Positions 5,812 to 17,024 of a DNA stretch of 27,512 bases are shown one piece after another; position 1 is the stretch's first letter, and every line of letters starts with the position of its first letter. Below the pieces are notes generated by a model. That model saw only the letters and a program-made list of their open reading frames with translations. It was not told the origin of the DNA and did not search any database. The DNA is taken from UHGV virus genome UHGV-0040380. One strand, given 5' to 3'. Made by a program: the position numbers and the translations under genes. This stretch comes from a virus.

Positions 5812-8286
5812 TTATTGCGGAGTGACATCCTGAGGTCGCCACCAGTATGTCTGATTAAACTCTTTCTTCGAACGTTGCTCCATTTTACGCAAATAGCCTG
5901 GTGAAAAATACTCCTGCATCTGGTTAAAGATCATATGATCGAGAGCCGCCTTTAAGTACCAGAGATTCGCACCGGGCATCAAACCTTTCCCCAGCTTCAC
6001 CAGATCACCACCAGTCTGCTCACTCTTCCCTTCCACAGCATTTAACGGTATGCCCTGAGCAATCTTCACTACGTCATCAACCAGACCAGCTACCGGGCCA
6101 AGCATCGACGCCAGCGCGCCGCTTCCGTACCTAGTGTGATCTGACAATAAAAAGTCACCGTAAAGGCCAAGGCCACCACCTTTCAGTAGAGCACCAAGCC
6201 AGAATTTTGCGGCACCTTCTCCTGTCATCTCTCGAGGATTACGACCAGACGCAAGGTCGTTAAGTTGCTGCGACAAAGCGCCAAGAATGGTCGTACTGGC
6301 AATAAACGTCGCAATATATGCCGCACGCCCACCAGCAGACGGCATACCCATAGCGCGTGACCAGTGACGCATAACAACCGAGATAGGGAACGATTTAAAC
6401 AGGAAAACACTTCTCGTTAATTCACCTTTCCATGTTCCACGCTGAATACCAGAACCGGTTATCAGTTGCTCACGAGCTCCCGGTGTAATAACAGCCATAT
6501 CAACTTCTTCAGTTACGGCACCGAGCAATTTACGCATTGCCTCAAATTTCACGCGCTCAGGCTCACCAAGATGTTTAACTGCTGAATCAGGGATACGCAT
6601 AATGCTTTCCGGTGTCAGCATCGTATTATTACCGTTCCCCCAGTCCTCCTGTTGCGCCAGCTTCCATACGCTCCAGTCTGTGTCAGTAATCCCTTTGCTT
6701 TTCAGGATACGAAAATCAGAGTCATCGAGGCTACGAAGGTCTGGTGTCCGTGACACTACTTCTCCCAGGCTTCCCATCATGGTTACGCCATAGGCGCGCT
6801 TGTGCGCATCTGACCATGCTGTAAGCCCACTGGCACGCATTACCGCCGTTGCCGCCCAACGAGACACTGACGGCCCCATATTATCCATCGCCCAGCGGTT
6901 AACGCTGCCAAGTAGAGATTCCATCGCCAGACCAGCGCGGCGCGCCCGCGCAAGTTCTGTACGGTTCGTTGGGTCCATAGCTTCAAGCTGGTTGCGGAAT
7001 AACTGGTTCATTGGAAGGTTGGTAACCTTCGCAGACAGATACATGGTTCCAAGATCAGAGAACGATGACAGCAACGCGGATCCGAGTCTGCTGGCAACCA
7101 GCCAGTTGCGGATATTGTCAGACCATCGCGCGATGTGCGGATTCGCTACAGGCTGTGTCTTTCCGGAAATAAAGTTGTACAGATTCTCTGTGTTGTTCGC
7201 CAGCCGCTCGACTTTACCGGTTTTACTCGGGTTAGCTGTTGCCGTTTCTGCCTTCACCTGATCAAGAAGAGAGCGGAAAACATGATCGGGGTTTGGGCCA
7301 TATGTTTCCACCAGTGCAATATCTTTACTGATACCTTCCAGGTGACCGACCATGATTTCCCATAGAGAGCGATCACCATAAAGTTGTTGATATTGGAGAT
7401 AGGAATCTGCATCTTTGAAATGTATCTGTCGTGATGCATTACCACGGTTAGCACGTGCGCCGGAAATTCGCATTCCGGTATCAGTAAGCTTATTCAGCCC
7501 ACCAGTAGCGATCGTGTTATAAGCCTCTCCAAGAAATGCAGACAACTCGGCATCGTTCATCAGTTGTCCATCGGCTCGGGTATAATATTTGCGATCCAGC
7601 TTACCTATAACATCGCCAACCCACTTATCCTTTGATACCGCCCCAACCTTTTCCATAGAATGATGTTGAGGGATCCCCCAGTTTTCGAGATAGCCAATGT
7701 CCCCACCAGCATCATTAAACCGGCGGCGCAGCAGCTCTGTAACTTCTCTCCACGCCTTAGCACCTTTTCTTGCTTTAGCATTGCCAGTATTTTGCCCCCG
7801 CATTTCATATACCAGGTCACGTACGCCCGCTTCATCTTCAAACAGACCAAAAAAGCGAGGATCAACTGCTTCGAATGCCTCCTGCAATTGACTCAATGCA
7901 TAATCACGGGTGGCTTTTGTTCTGGATTCAACAGAGAGGAAATTAGATTTACCGTCTGCATTAAAAGCTATAGTACGGTTAAGAGCGCCAAGTTTCCCAT
8001 CAGCCCCTTGATAGCTATTGATAAATTTATCCAATCTCTGACGCGCGGCTATAGTGAGAGCCACACGACGTTTCTTTAATGCCGCTTCTCGCTGTAATTC
8101 TTCAGATGCCAATTGTGCTGCTCGATATAGCCGCTCTGATTCGGAAAGTTGTCGCCACGACATCGGATCATCACGAGCAATGGAGCGCATATTTCGATAA
8201 ATGCGGTCTTCAATGTTCTGTATTTCTCGCGCCGTTAACGTGCGCTGCGCCGCCTGCTGGACCGCTTGTATACATTCCTGTCTCAT
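5812..8286 (-). CDS. Internal virion (core/ejection) protein, large
   Basis: 824 aa; last of three consecutive large proteins translationally coupled downstream of the tubular proteins, matching the position of T7 gp15/gp16-class core proteins; no enzymatic motif recognised. Confidence 0.55.
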   Translation of the reverse strand: MRQECIQAVQQAAQRTLTAREIQNIEDRIYRNMRSIARDDPMSWRQLSESERLYRAAQLASEELQREAALKKRRVALTIAARQRLDKFINSYQGADGKLGALNRTIAFNADGKSNFLSVESRTKATRDYALSQLQEAFEAVDPRFFGLFEDEAGVRDLVYEMRGQNTGNAKARKGAKAWREVTELLRRRFNDAGGDIGYLENWGIPQHHSMEKVGAVSKDKWVGDVIGKLDRKYYTRADGQLMNDAELSAFLGEAYNTIATGGLNKLTDTGMRISGARANRGNASRQIHFKDADSYLQYQQLYGDRSLWEIMVGHLEGISKDIALVETYGPNPDHVFRSLLDQVKAETATANPSKTGKVERLANNTENLYNFISGKTQPVANPHIARWSDNIRNWLVASRLGSALLSSFSDLGTMYLSAKVTNLPMNQLFRNQLEAMDPTNRTELARARRAGLAMESLLGSVNRWAMDNMGPSVSRWAATAVMRASGLTAWSDAHKRAYGVTMMGSLGEVVSRTPDLRSLDDSDFRILKSKGITDTDWSVWKLAQQEDWGNGNNTMLTPESIMRIPDSAVKHLGEPERVKFEAMRKLLGAVTEEVDMAVITPGAREQLITGSGIQRGTWKGELTRSVFLFKSFPISVVMRHWSRAMGMPSAGGRAAYIATFIASTTILGALSQQLNDLASGRNPREMTGEGAAKFWLGALLKGGGLGLYGDFLLSDHTRYGSGALASMLGPVAGLVDDVVKIAQGIPLNAVEGKSEQTGGDLVKLGKGLMPGANLWYLKAALDHMIFNQMQEYFSPGYLRKMEQRSKKEFNQTYWWRPQDVTPQ

Positions 8287-8291
8287 TTAAT

Positions 8292-10094
8292 TTAACCTCT
8301 CAAGAAACACGCCACAGCAACATCAAACAGGCTGGAATCCTGTATTGCCTGCTCACTTTCCCTGTTCGCTTCATCCAGTACTTCACGCGCACTGCGCGAT
8401 TGTGGATTACCATCATCATCCAGTACGGTGATTATCATGTCCGGAGATTCAAGCAGCGAGTCTTCAGCTATACGCAGATCAATATCTCCTGCCGGATCTG
8501 CCATCATTTTTTGTTCTGCCTGTTGCAATATTTTATCAGGCTCAAAAGGAGCTACTTCGTCTGGCGTCCTGACCTCTGCTGTTTTATAGAATGAAACAGC
8601 CTGAGCATTAAGTTCACTTTCTGCCTGCTTTCTCCGAGCCAGTTCTGCTCGAGCTTCAAAAAACTGACCGCCAGGCTCGTGCGGTGCCAACGCGTTACGG
8701 GAAAATTCCAGGCGTTCTTGTGCCTGCCGGATTCGTTGATCAATATCGCGAAGTCTGGCCTGTTTATCTGATCGAGCACGAGACAAAGCTTTACCGCTAC
8801 CGGTTGGCTCTTCTGCAAGAATTTGTGCACGCTGTTCAGTGAGATTTTCAATAATTCGTTGGCTATTAGCGATTTCAGACTGGTAAACCTGTCTATCTCC
8901 ACGCGGCAAAAGCTGCGCGGCCTGTTCTTCAAGCAACCGATTTTCTATAGCGCGCGCCGTTACTCCATCATCTACAGATGACAGAGCCTCATTAACTGCC
9001 TGAGACAGCAGACTCTTGCGCCCAGGAATTTCACTGAAAGATGCAGACTCAACAATGCTGGCAACGTCTACAGGTCTCCCCTGGCTAACATCAGACATAG
9101 CTTTTCGCAGAGCCTGAATGTGAGAATTGCGCGAAAGCACGTTGATCGGCACGCCGGGCGCAATATCAATTTCAGCATGATGAGCGGCATTCGCCGCCAG
9201 TGCAGCATCGATATCAACTGGTGAAAAGTTTGGTGCGTTTGTAGACTCGCCGCGAGAGTTAATAAATCTGCCGACACCACCAAACGCCACCCCAAGAACA
9301 GCATCAATAGCAATTGCCTGTCGATCCAACACATCATACTGGTTAGCCATTTCGCTATAGCCACCATCACGAAGCGTTTTTGCAGTAAGCCCACGCTGTG
9401 CCATACCGAACGCAATATTTGTACCTGCGGCATAGGCAATATCTGGCGTTGCACGTACTGCTGTTGCCGCGGCGCGTCGCACTGAACTTTCACCCGTCCG
9501 CGCAAGCTGAGCCGCCACACCTTCCGCTAGCGCACCACCAGCACGTAACCCGAGACTCATAGGGATCAGTGTTCCGGCACCAGCAGTAATACCCTGCACT
9601 AATCCCGCTTCCTGCGCCGTCCTGAAATCAACCCCCTGCGCTGTCAGTCGTTCAAACTCAGAAAAACCCTGTAGCGAAGTTACCGCCGCAGCACCTCCGA
9701 TCGGACCACCGAGCGTTGTACCGACAACAGCCTGCCCGCCCATATCGAACAACCCATAAAGAACCTGCCCTGCGGTTCCGGTTGTCGCGGCATCAGGCGT
9801 CAGCCGCTTAACCTGCTGCTCTGCTAGTTTTCTCTGCTCGGCAATGTATGAAACTGAAGTGTCATTGAGCGAGGTGTTTTCGTTAACAAACTGAGCAATC
9901 GGGGATACGATTTTATCCATCCCTGCCCATAGCAACTGATCTGGCTTTGCCACCAGCCCGGAGTACAAACCAGACAATGCCGCTCCTACAGCATTGTCGA
10001 AAAAACCAACATCGCTGTTAAAGCCAGCTGGATTTGATGCTGCTTCGTCAAGCTGCTGATTCTGGTTTACTGGATTAAGGCCAAAGTAACTCAT
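8292..10094 (-). CDS. Internal virion (core/ejection) protein
   Basis: 600 aa, with a Gly/Ala-rich low-complexity central region; start overlaps the upstream stop (ATGA). Confidence 0.55.
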   Translation of the reverse strand: MSYFGLNPVNQNQQLDEAASNPAGFNSDVGFFDNAVGAALSGLYSGLVAKPDQLLWAGMDKIVSPIAQFVNENTSLNDTSVSYIAEQRKLAEQQVKRLTPDAATTGTAGQVLYGLFDMGGQAVVGTTLGGPIGGAAAVTSLQGFSEFERLTAQGVDFRTAQEAGLVQGITAGAGTLIPMSLGLRAGGALAEGVAAQLARTGESSVRRAAATAVRATPDIAYAAGTNIAFGMAQRGLTAKTLRDGGYSEMANQYDVLDRQAIAIDAVLGVAFGGVGRFINSRGESTNAPNFSPVDIDAALAANAAHHAEIDIAPGVPINVLSRNSHIQALRKAMSDVSQGRPVDVASIVESASFSEIPGRKSLLSQAVNEALSSVDDGVTARAIENRLLEEQAAQLLPRGDRQVYQSEIANSQRIIENLTEQRAQILAEEPTGSGKALSRARSDKQARLRDIDQRIRQAQERLEFSRNALAPHEPGGQFFEARAELARRKQAESELNAQAVSFYKTAEVRTPDEVAPFEPDKILQQAEQKMMADPAGDIDLRIAEDSLLESPDMIITVLDDDGNPQSRSAREVLDEANRESEQAIQDSSLFDVAVACFLRG

Positions 10095-12604
10095 TGCGGA
10101 ATATCTCCGGAGAATCTCTGACGCTTCTGTGTCAGATCAAGAACAACAGGAGAACCATCATCCTTCAGCAGATATCCAGTCCCAAGTTTTACCAGGTACT
10201 GACTATCGCCGTAACTTTGCAAACCATACTGACCAGGCGGTGTTTTTATCCCGGTGCCGACAACTTGTTCATTCCAAGCCTGATTAACCTGCTTATCGAA
10301 TTGCTCTGCAGACATTCCCCACGGCAAAAGAACATTCCCCATTCCGTTATAGTCATGCACGCCACCTGTAGCTACGTTAACAGCCTGTTTCCAGATATCA
10401 TTGTCAATTTCGCCTGATACCACGCCTTTTTTCGCCATCACACCAGCGTAATAGTCCTTTGCGATCTCGTATGCCATTGATGCCCCATGAGCATCACCAG
10501 CAAATGCATCCTTCACCATGTCAGAAAACTCAAGGCGAAGATCAGCATCTTTAGGCATCGGAATACCTTTCGCATCATCAGTACCTTTACGAGCCGCCGC
10601 GCCAGCAAGAATTGTCTGCGCAGCGGTTTCAGGAGACACGGAAACATCCGGATTAAACCAGTTTTTTTCTGCCAAAATACCACCTGGCTTATCCATCAGT
10701 ATCCCGGCAACGGCAGCAGATGGAGCGTTGGCACTGATCTGCTGTAGTGCTGACATATACACCTGCCCACCACCAGTGCTCTGCCTGATGGTATCGAGAT
10801 ATGCTGCCTGTTGGGAAACGGGCGCATCACGAAAGAAAACACCGATCTGATTGGCCTCGTCTTTGGAAAAGAACGTCAGTGGAGTGCCATATGACTTAGC
10901 AAGGTCACTGACCTGAGCAGCACGCAAGGCAACGCTCTGTCCAAAGTTATCCTTATTGCTCATGTCGATAGGCTTTGCCTGTCCGGCGGCAAGAGAGAAC
11001 TGCACAGGATCCGATTGCCGCTGCTTTATCACCTGATTTGCAGCCGAAACAACGTTGTCATAAAGAGCTGCGCGTGCCGCATACCCCTCCCCTGTCTCAC
11101 CAGTATCCGGGCGTAATTGCTCAACATATGCTGTAATGCTGCTTGTCGGCATGTTGCGGAAAGAGCCTATATACTGTCCGGCGATCTGCGTATTCTTAAA
11201 CTCGGTATATCGCAGGTTTCCTTCTCTGACTCCATAAGCTGCAATAAAATCATCCTCACCAGGTGGGTTAGGAAATTCAACGCCACGCATATACGCAGCT
11301 GTCGCATCGCGAACCTGGCTGTCAATCATCGTTTTATATTCAGCCTGCTGCTGCCGACGCAGTTGATCTGCCTGTCGCATAAAACTTGCCTGCGCCTCAG
11401 GAGATGCAGCATCGAATGCTGCATTACCGGTATAGCGTTTGGTGTTGGTTGGAATTGTTGATAAACCAAGTGCTGCACTGACACCAGCAGTTAACTGCTG
11501 ATCACTGTATGGCTGGCTACCGTTCTCATGATGGATAATGGCTGCACAAAGCGCCTTCAGGGTATCAGGATTAGATGCATCGAGAGGCTCATCAGCAGAA
11601 ACGCCAAGTTGTTCGCACACTGCTTTGATATACGACATAGTGTCATTTTTATCAGTAGGCGGTGCCCAGCGATTAATTATCTCGCTGACGGTATCAATAC
11701 CCTGCCTCTGATACGACATCAGGTTTCGCCCTAATGCACGAATCCCGTGTTCAGGTGTTTCGAATTTAGCAAATCGACCATCATCACCGGTCTGGCCTAC
11801 CCACGGATTAGTTTTGCTGTATTCGAGATTTCCTGGGTTATTGTTGCGTATGCCACGGGCACGCTCGGAAGAGTCACTATCTGCTACAGCACGGCGAGCT
11901 CCAGCAGCAGTATCACTTAACTCGCCATTACTTTGGATGAATGCGGTCGCATTGTTTGCCGACCACTGGGACAATGCGGCATCAGCAACCTTCTCTTTAA
12001 ACTCGATTTTCTTGGCCTGTATTTGCTCGTCGCTCCAGCCATGCGCAACGCCGTAATCCTCAATTTGCTGGAAAGTTTGCTTATTAGCCAATACGTATGC
12101 GGCGTTGTCGCCATACAATGCTGCGGCATTTTTACCATTGTTCAGCAGCGTCGCCTGAAACTGGCCTTCTTCGTAGGCATTTATTTGCCCTATCTCGTGC
12201 CGCCCGGCCTGCGTAGTGAACTGAATACGCTGCTGCTGCGCCTGTTGCATGAAAGCATTACGAGCCTGTTCATCCGGCAGCGACATAGCCAGTTGTTCGA
12301 TCTGAGCATCAAACTGCTGCGTATACTCCTGACCTTTTCCAATAGCATTTTTCCCTTTCAGGTTAAGCAAACCTGTTTCAGGGTTATTCAACAGATCGCT
12401 GCTTATCTGGCTTAAGCTAAGAGAAGCATCCTGAGCCATAGCAACATTCGCACGCTGTTTTGCCTGCGCAACAATACCTGCATATTGCTCTGCAACATCG
12501 CCAAGTACATCACCGACATTTGGTGTCTGAAACGATGAGAATCCCTGAGTCGAAATCCCTCTGCTCTGAACCTGACGGCCCGATGTTGTTGGTACAACTG
12601 GCAT
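10091..12604 (-). CDS. Internal virion (core/ejection) protein, large
   Basis: About 837 aa from the ATG at 12604 (GGAGGA SD; the ATG overlaps the upstream TAA). The ORF-track start at 12679 would overlap the preceding gene by 76 nt. Contains a GIRNNNPGNLEY segment that I cannot assign to a domain. Confidence 0.55.
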   Translation of the reverse strand: MPVVPTTSGRQVQSRGISTQGFSSFQTPNVGDVLGDVAEQYAGIVAQAKQRANVAMAQDASLSLSQISSDLLNNPETGLLNLKGKNAIGKGQEYTQQFDAQIEQLAMSLPDEQARNAFMQQAQQQRIQFTTQAGRHEIGQINAYEEGQFQATLLNNGKNAAALYGDNAAYVLANKQTFQQIEDYGVAHGWSDEQIQAKKIEFKEKVADAALSQWSANNATAFIQSNGELSDTAAGARRAVADSDSSERARGIRNNNPGNLEYSKTNPWVGQTGDDGRFAKFETPEHGIRALGRNLMSYQRQGIDTVSEIINRWAPPTDKNDTMSYIKAVCEQLGVSADEPLDASNPDTLKALCAAIIHHENGSQPYSDQQLTAGVSAALGLSTIPTNTKRYTGNAAFDAASPEAQASFMRQADQLRRQQQAEYKTMIDSQVRDATAAYMRGVEFPNPPGEDDFIAAYGVREGNLRYTEFKNTQIAGQYIGSFRNMPTSSITAYVEQLRPDTGETGEGYAARAALYDNVVSAANQVIKQRQSDPVQFSLAAGQAKPIDMSNKDNFGQSVALRAAQVSDLAKSYGTPLTFFSKDEANQIGVFFRDAPVSQQAAYLDTIRQSTGGGQVYMSALQQISANAPSAAVAGILMDKPGGILAEKNWFNPDVSVSPETAAQTILAGAAARKGTDDAKGIPMPKDADLRLEFSDMVKDAFAGDAHGASMAYEIAKDYYAGVMAKKGVVSGEIDNDIWKQAVNVATGGVHDYNGMGNVLLPWGMSAEQFDKQVNQAWNEQVVGTGIKTPPGQYGLQSYGDSQYLVKLGTGYLLKDDGSPVVLDLTQKRQRFSGDIPQ

Positions 12605-13149
12605 TATAATCCTCCGGGTAATCTGGTTCCTGCTGCTGCCCCGATTGGCGCAGGAGTGCTTTGAGTAAACGGACTCCACGTCCCACCAAACATCTGGTAC
12701 GCACCGTATGCCTTCAGAGGCGCAGTGAGCAATGTTGTTGCTGCTCCCACATTCCCCTGTTTACGGGCTGAACTGGCTTCTGCTTTATAGTTGGCAGCCT
12801 GAACCTGATAACCGTAAGCCTCGCGTTGCGCGTTATTCACCGTCGTCAGCGAATCAAGAGCGCCAAACTGGGCAGTGTCGCCAAATATATCCAGCGCGTT
12901 ACCTGTAGATAAATCAGCGCCGGTAGCCCCCATTGTCGCCGCCTGTGTACCAAGCCGCTGTCGGGTCTCTCTGCGCCGTTGCTCAGCTTCAGCGTTACCT
13001 CTGTTTATTGCATCATTTGCCTGAGCTGTGGCTATATCTGCGTTCGCTTCTGCAACCTTCGAGGCATACTTTCCCTGTTGGTACTGGGTGTATGCCTGAA
13101 TGCCACTCATGGCGAGCATTGCGCCACCAGCAATAACCGGATCGCACAT
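12604..13149 (-). CDS. Internal virion protein (T7 gp14-like position), Ala/Gln-rich
   Basis: 181 aa; low-complexity A/Q/G-rich sequence; size and position match the small core protein that follows the tubular proteins in T7-type modules. Confidence 0.45.
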   Translation of the reverse strand: MCDPVIAGGAMLAMSGIQAYTQYQQGKYASKVAEANADIATAQANDAINRGNAEAEQRRRETRQRLGTQAATMGATGADLSTGNALDIFGDTAQFGALDSLTTVNNAQREAYGYQVQAANYKAEASSARKQGNVGAATTLLTAPLKAYGAYQMFGGTWSPFTQSTPAPIGAAAGTRLPGGL

Positions 13150-13616
13150 TATTTTCTCTCCATGTGAAATCTGTGGAAATTAAGACCAAGAGCACCATAA
13201 GGCGCGGCTTCTTCAAGCCTGAATCCAAGCCAGTGCAGCCATGCTTTGGCAACATGGTTTCGCTCGTCGACGTAGTTTTCCAGGCGCGGATAAACTGCCA
13301 GCATCAGCTGCAATACAGGGCGGCAGTGGCGAAGAAATGTCTTCTGATATTTTTCAATACGGCTGGTTCCGACCAGCCAGGGTGTACCATTGCCACCGAT
13401 CATTGACGCCGGAGATACACCAAACATGGTTACCAGTTCTCCGTTCGCGAACCCTGACCAGGCCATAGTCGCAGTGCGAAGACCAACACGCAGCGCATCT
13501 TCGGTAGTCATCAGTGATACCGCATACAGTTCGTCAATATCAGCCTGACGAACATCCGGCAAAATCATCTGAAGATGCTCTTCGGTAGCGGGAATAATTT
13601 GAACATCGATCATCAT
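13149..13616 (-). CDS. Virion-associated protein (T7 gp13-like position), unknown function
   Basis: 155 aa; translationally coupled between tubular protein B and the core proteins. Assigned by position only. Confidence 0.4.
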   Translation of the reverse strand: MMIDVQIIPATEEHLQMILPDVRQADIDELYAVSLMTTEDALRVGLRTATMAWSGFANGELVTMFGVSPASMIGGNGTPWLVGTSRIEKYQKTFLRHCRPVLQLMLAVYPRLENYVDERNHVAKAWLHWLGFRLEEAAPYGALGLNFHRFHMERK

Positions 13617-16084
13617 AATCCCCCAACAGTAAGGCGAGGAATAACGGCAAGAACAGACAGCGGCAACGGGTCAAGCTGACGGATTTTTACACGCCCGTTT
13701 TTGCCCCAGTTACTGTCCAGTTTCACTTCTACTTTTCCGGTAGCATCATCAACAGGATCATCGTAGAACTCGAATTCACGCTGTGGATATTCGTACCATT
13801 TACCGCCGGGCGTAGTCGCCCAGATGCCGCGACTGGCATTCACAACCAGAGTAACGGACGGGATCACCTGTTTTTTGTCCAGCAGCGTTTCCTGTCCGTT
13901 AATGTTGATATCCAGTGTTTCGAATTCAGCAGTTATTGGCAGGCCGATGTGCACTACAGCCCCCGGAGATTCCAGCGTGACGGTACCTCCGGAAACCACT
14001 TTCTGTGGTTCCACGTTCGCATCAGAGAGAATGTTTACGGTCTGGCCTTCAAGATGAGACAGGCCTCCAAATGTCCGGCGCGCCATCTGCCAGTTCGTGG
14101 TGGCCACATTCCTGAGGGATGATGGGACGTTCCTGTTAGGACGAACCACTACAGCGGTATTGCTGGTTACAGAAATAATGTCGCAACGTAATTCTTTTGA
14201 CACTTCATCGCCAGTATCAGGATCAGTTCCGGTATAAGGGAATTGTAGTTGCGCACCGACATCACTACTGGTGAAGTACGCACCACCAGAAATACTGATT
14301 GTATATTCCACGCGGTAATCCCATTCACCAGAACCACCAGTGATGGTCATCGTTCTGTCAGACGTATTTCTTCCATCATAGCTAAGGCCAGAATCAACAA
14401 AGAAAGCATCTTCATCGCTGGTAAATAAACGGCTGGACAGTCGCTCTATGTATCTCACTGTTTGCCCGTTAACGGTTCGGTTAACGACGAAATACACCGC
14501 ATCTTCATTGCCTTCGCTGATACTGCATGTGCTTTCATATTTCCCGGTACTGGATTGTGGTGCCCATGCAAAAACCTGCTGATCACGCAAATAGGTCATC
14601 ACCAGTAATTTACCGTCATCACGAATGCAGAAGGCGCTGGAGTAAGGGACAATAGAGAAGCACCAGTCAACAATGCTGTGCTTCTGAAAAAGATGATTGG
14701 CAAGGATGGTCAGGTCGTTCCCCTGATAGCCGTCAACATCGAATGAGTAGGCCAGATCACGGACAACACTGCCTTTCTCCTGGACGAACAGAGCAATATT
14801 CGCCACGGCAATTGGTGGGACATTGCTCGAGCCATTTGATCCCTGAGAGCTGAATGCAAATGATGATGGGGTTAACACTTTGTTCTGGTCGCCGGTGATG
14901 ACGTACTCACCTCCGGAAGTCAGTGCCACCAGCGAACCGACATCAATCAGGTGGCGGATCTCATTAACCTGACGCCCGGCATAGGTGTAGATAATTCTGT
15001 CGTCATCCTGCGTAGGATTGCTTTTGCCAAAATCCTTATAATCCCCAGTACGGCTGGCCCAGATAGTCTGAGGGAACGCTGTCGATGCGGCGAAGTAAAG
15101 ACGTTGTTGATAATAAACAACAGTGCCAGGATAACCGTTAACACTATTCCAGGCATATTTAGCCCATTTATAGCTGGCATTATCCTCGCCAACTACCTGC
15201 GAAGGGATATAGGAAATCACCTCAGCAGTTGCAGTAGTTCCATTTGCAGCAGAGATACGGGCAATGCCAAAACCACTGTGCAGATACTCCCACTCAATGC
15301 CAGTATCATCATCACCGGATCCGCCCCAGCCATCCCATGATGTGCCTTCTGTATGCGAAGGGCGCAAAGTACCTGTTTTGCCTGCTGTAACGGCGCGATA
15401 GTAGTTACTGTCTGCACGGCGAATATCGCCAATCGACGTACTCTTACTGGTTTCCCATACCGGCACAGAATCCACTGCAGGCTGTTCCAGATAGAACAAT
15501 TTGCCTACCTGCTCCGCGCCAAAAATAGAGGCGCTTGCCGTTAACGTAATTGTCCCGGTGCTGGCGCTGGCATAAACCGTCACTGACTCGTCAATATTGA
15601 TATCTTCAAATGGCCCGTTCTTCGTTACCACATCAACCAGTTGCCAGTTGTCATGCGCATAGCGGCGCAACTCTTTCGGCGGGTATGCCGGATGAACCAG
15701 CGTAAGCACGTCTGCGCTTTGCGTGAATTTAATTCGGAACAGATCGGCTTCAGTATATGGCGTGGCAATTTCATAAATAACATTGCTGCTGTTCAGCACC
15801 AACGCACCATCTTTGATAACGCGCATGTACTGGTGTCCGAACTCCAGAGCATAAGTCTGAACCGTCGAGAACTGGAACGGGATCAGGCGGCATTTCCGAT
15901 TTGGGTATTTGGCGGCACCGACAAAACGCGTACCAGGTCGATTCTCAACGCCGCCATACTGCCGCACGATAAAGTTATCGCACTTGCGCAATGCCACCTG
16001 GTACTTCGCCATGTCGATACGACCGTACAACGACGGTCCAATCTCACCACCGGCAAAGCTGGGCTGGATCCAACTGATAGCCAT
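13613..16084 (-). CDS. Tail tubular protein B (T7 gp12-like nozzle)
   Basis: 823 aa (T7 gp12 is about 794 aa); directly follows the gp11-like gene; N-terminal pattern (SW.QP.FAGGEIGP......R......) loosely resembles the gp12 N-terminus from memory. Confidence 0.5.
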   Translation of the reverse strand: MAISWIQPSFAGGEIGPSLYGRIDMAKYQVALRKCDNFIVRQYGGVENRPGTRFVGAAKYPNRKCRLIPFQFSTVQTYALEFGHQYMRVIKDGALVLNSSNVIYEIATPYTEADLFRIKFTQSADVLTLVHPAYPPKELRRYAHDNWQLVDVVTKNGPFEDINIDESVTVYASASTGTITLTASASIFGAEQVGKLFYLEQPAVDSVPVWETSKSTSIGDIRRADSNYYRAVTAGKTGTLRPSHTEGTSWDGWGGSGDDDTGIEWEYLHSGFGIARISAANGTTATAEVISYIPSQVVGEDNASYKWAKYAWNSVNGYPGTVVYYQQRLYFAASTAFPQTIWASRTGDYKDFGKSNPTQDDDRIIYTYAGRQVNEIRHLIDVGSLVALTSGGEYVITGDQNKVLTPSSFAFSSQGSNGSSNVPPIAVANIALFVQEKGSVVRDLAYSFDVDGYQGNDLTILANHLFQKHSIVDWCFSIVPYSSAFCIRDDGKLLVMTYLRDQQVFAWAPQSSTGKYESTCSISEGNEDAVYFVVNRTVNGQTVRYIERLSSRLFTSDEDAFFVDSGLSYDGRNTSDRTMTITGGSGEWDYRVEYTISISGGAYFTSSDVGAQLQFPYTGTDPDTGDEVSKELRCDIISVTSNTAVVVRPNRNVPSSLRNVATTNWQMARRTFGGLSHLEGQTVNILSDANVEPQKVVSGGTVTLESPGAVVHIGLPITAEFETLDININGQETLLDKKQVIPSVTLVVNASRGIWATTPGGKWYEYPQREFEFYDDPVDDATGKVEVKLDSNWGKNGRVKIRQLDPLPLSVLAVIPRLTVGGL

Positions 16085-16689
16085 CAGGACAACCTCGCAA
16101 TGGTAAACTCGTCAACCGGTGGCTGTGGTTCCTGTGATTCATTCTGGCTATGCGAGCCAGCACTAAGAATCACGCTATTGTACATATTGAGGGCAAACGT
16201 ACCGAGGTCTGCATTCCCAGTCAGCGCCATGTTAATAGCTGCCGCAAGACGCCAGGCTAACGCCTCCATAAAAATGGCATCAAACATGTTCACATCTGAA
16301 ACGCGAGAGACATACTTGAGCCATGCCTGAGGCTGGTCTGTGTAGATCAACTTTCCTGTTCCGTTGGTGTCTGCACCAACTTCGTACTGAACGCGCATTG
16401 ATGCTGTTGGATTGCGTACACCAGGAAGCATAATTTCAGTAATGCGCAGACAATCTGACGGGTATTGGTACGCATATTCCCAGTCAGGCGGTGGATTGCT
16501 CGTATCTGCAAGCGCCACGCGTTTGGTAGCAAAGTTCCAGTCAAAATCAGAAAGCACAGCATCACGGCAGGCCTCAAAGTGCAGCGAACATTCCCCCGCT
16601 TCCTTGCTGGCTTCCGTCAGGCTGTTAATGCTGCGGCTGTTGCCAATATTGGACAGCGCACGATTACAGATCTCTACTACAGAGGCCAT
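16084..16689 (-). CDS. Tail tubular protein A (T7 gp11-like adaptor)
   Basis: 201 aa (T7 gp11 is about 196 aa); N-terminus MASVVEICNRALSNIG resembles the gp11 start; immediately upstream of the gp12-like gene. Confidence 0.55.
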   Translation of the reverse strand: MASVVEICNRALSNIGNSRSINSLTEASKEAGECSLHFEACRDAVLSDFDWNFATKRVALADTSNPPPDWEYAYQYPSDCLRITEIMLPGVRNPTASMRVQYEVGADTNGTGKLIYTDQPQAWLKYVSRVSDVNMFDAIFMEALAWRLAAAINMALTGNADLGTFALNMYNSVILSAGSHSQNESQEPQPPVDEFTIARLS

Positions 16690-17012
16690 CGCTCACCTCC
16701 GTTACCGTACAGAGTTTCAGCCGCTGATTTTTCTACATCCCCGGAAACAGGAGCGATCGCCATATCAGTGATCTGCAGATCGGCGCTGCGATTAACGCCA
16801 TCGTCAGTTTCTCTGGCAGACAGGCCTCGAATAACAGCCTTTGCAGTTATCATCACTTCTGTTCCGACGCCCTTAGGTTGCGCCTTCAGCTTATTCAATG
16901 TGTCGTTATTCAGCGTGATGCACAGCCCCCACGGGTATTCATCGCGAGTTCTGGTTTCTCCGCTCTCATCCTGGTAGCTGTCAGTGCCGGTTTTGAGGTT
17001 TACGAGTTCCAT
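16677..17012 (-). CDS. Hypothetical virion-module protein
   Basis: About 111 aa from the ATG at 17012 (GGAG 5 nt upstream); overlaps the tubular A start; no recognisable motif. Confidence 0.4.
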   Translation of the reverse strand: MELVNLKTGTDSYQDESGETRTRDEYPWGLCITLNNDTLNKLKAQPKGVGTEVMITAKAVIRGLSARETDDGVNRSADLQITDMAIAPVSGDVEKSAAETLYGNGGERWPL

Positions 17013-17024
17013 ATACACTCCTGC

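Noticed and set aside
10091-12679. 862-aa start for the core protein at 12679
   Set aside because: Would overlap the preceding gene by 76 nt; the ATG at 12604 has a GGAGGA SD and a stop/start overlap typical of coupled phage genes.
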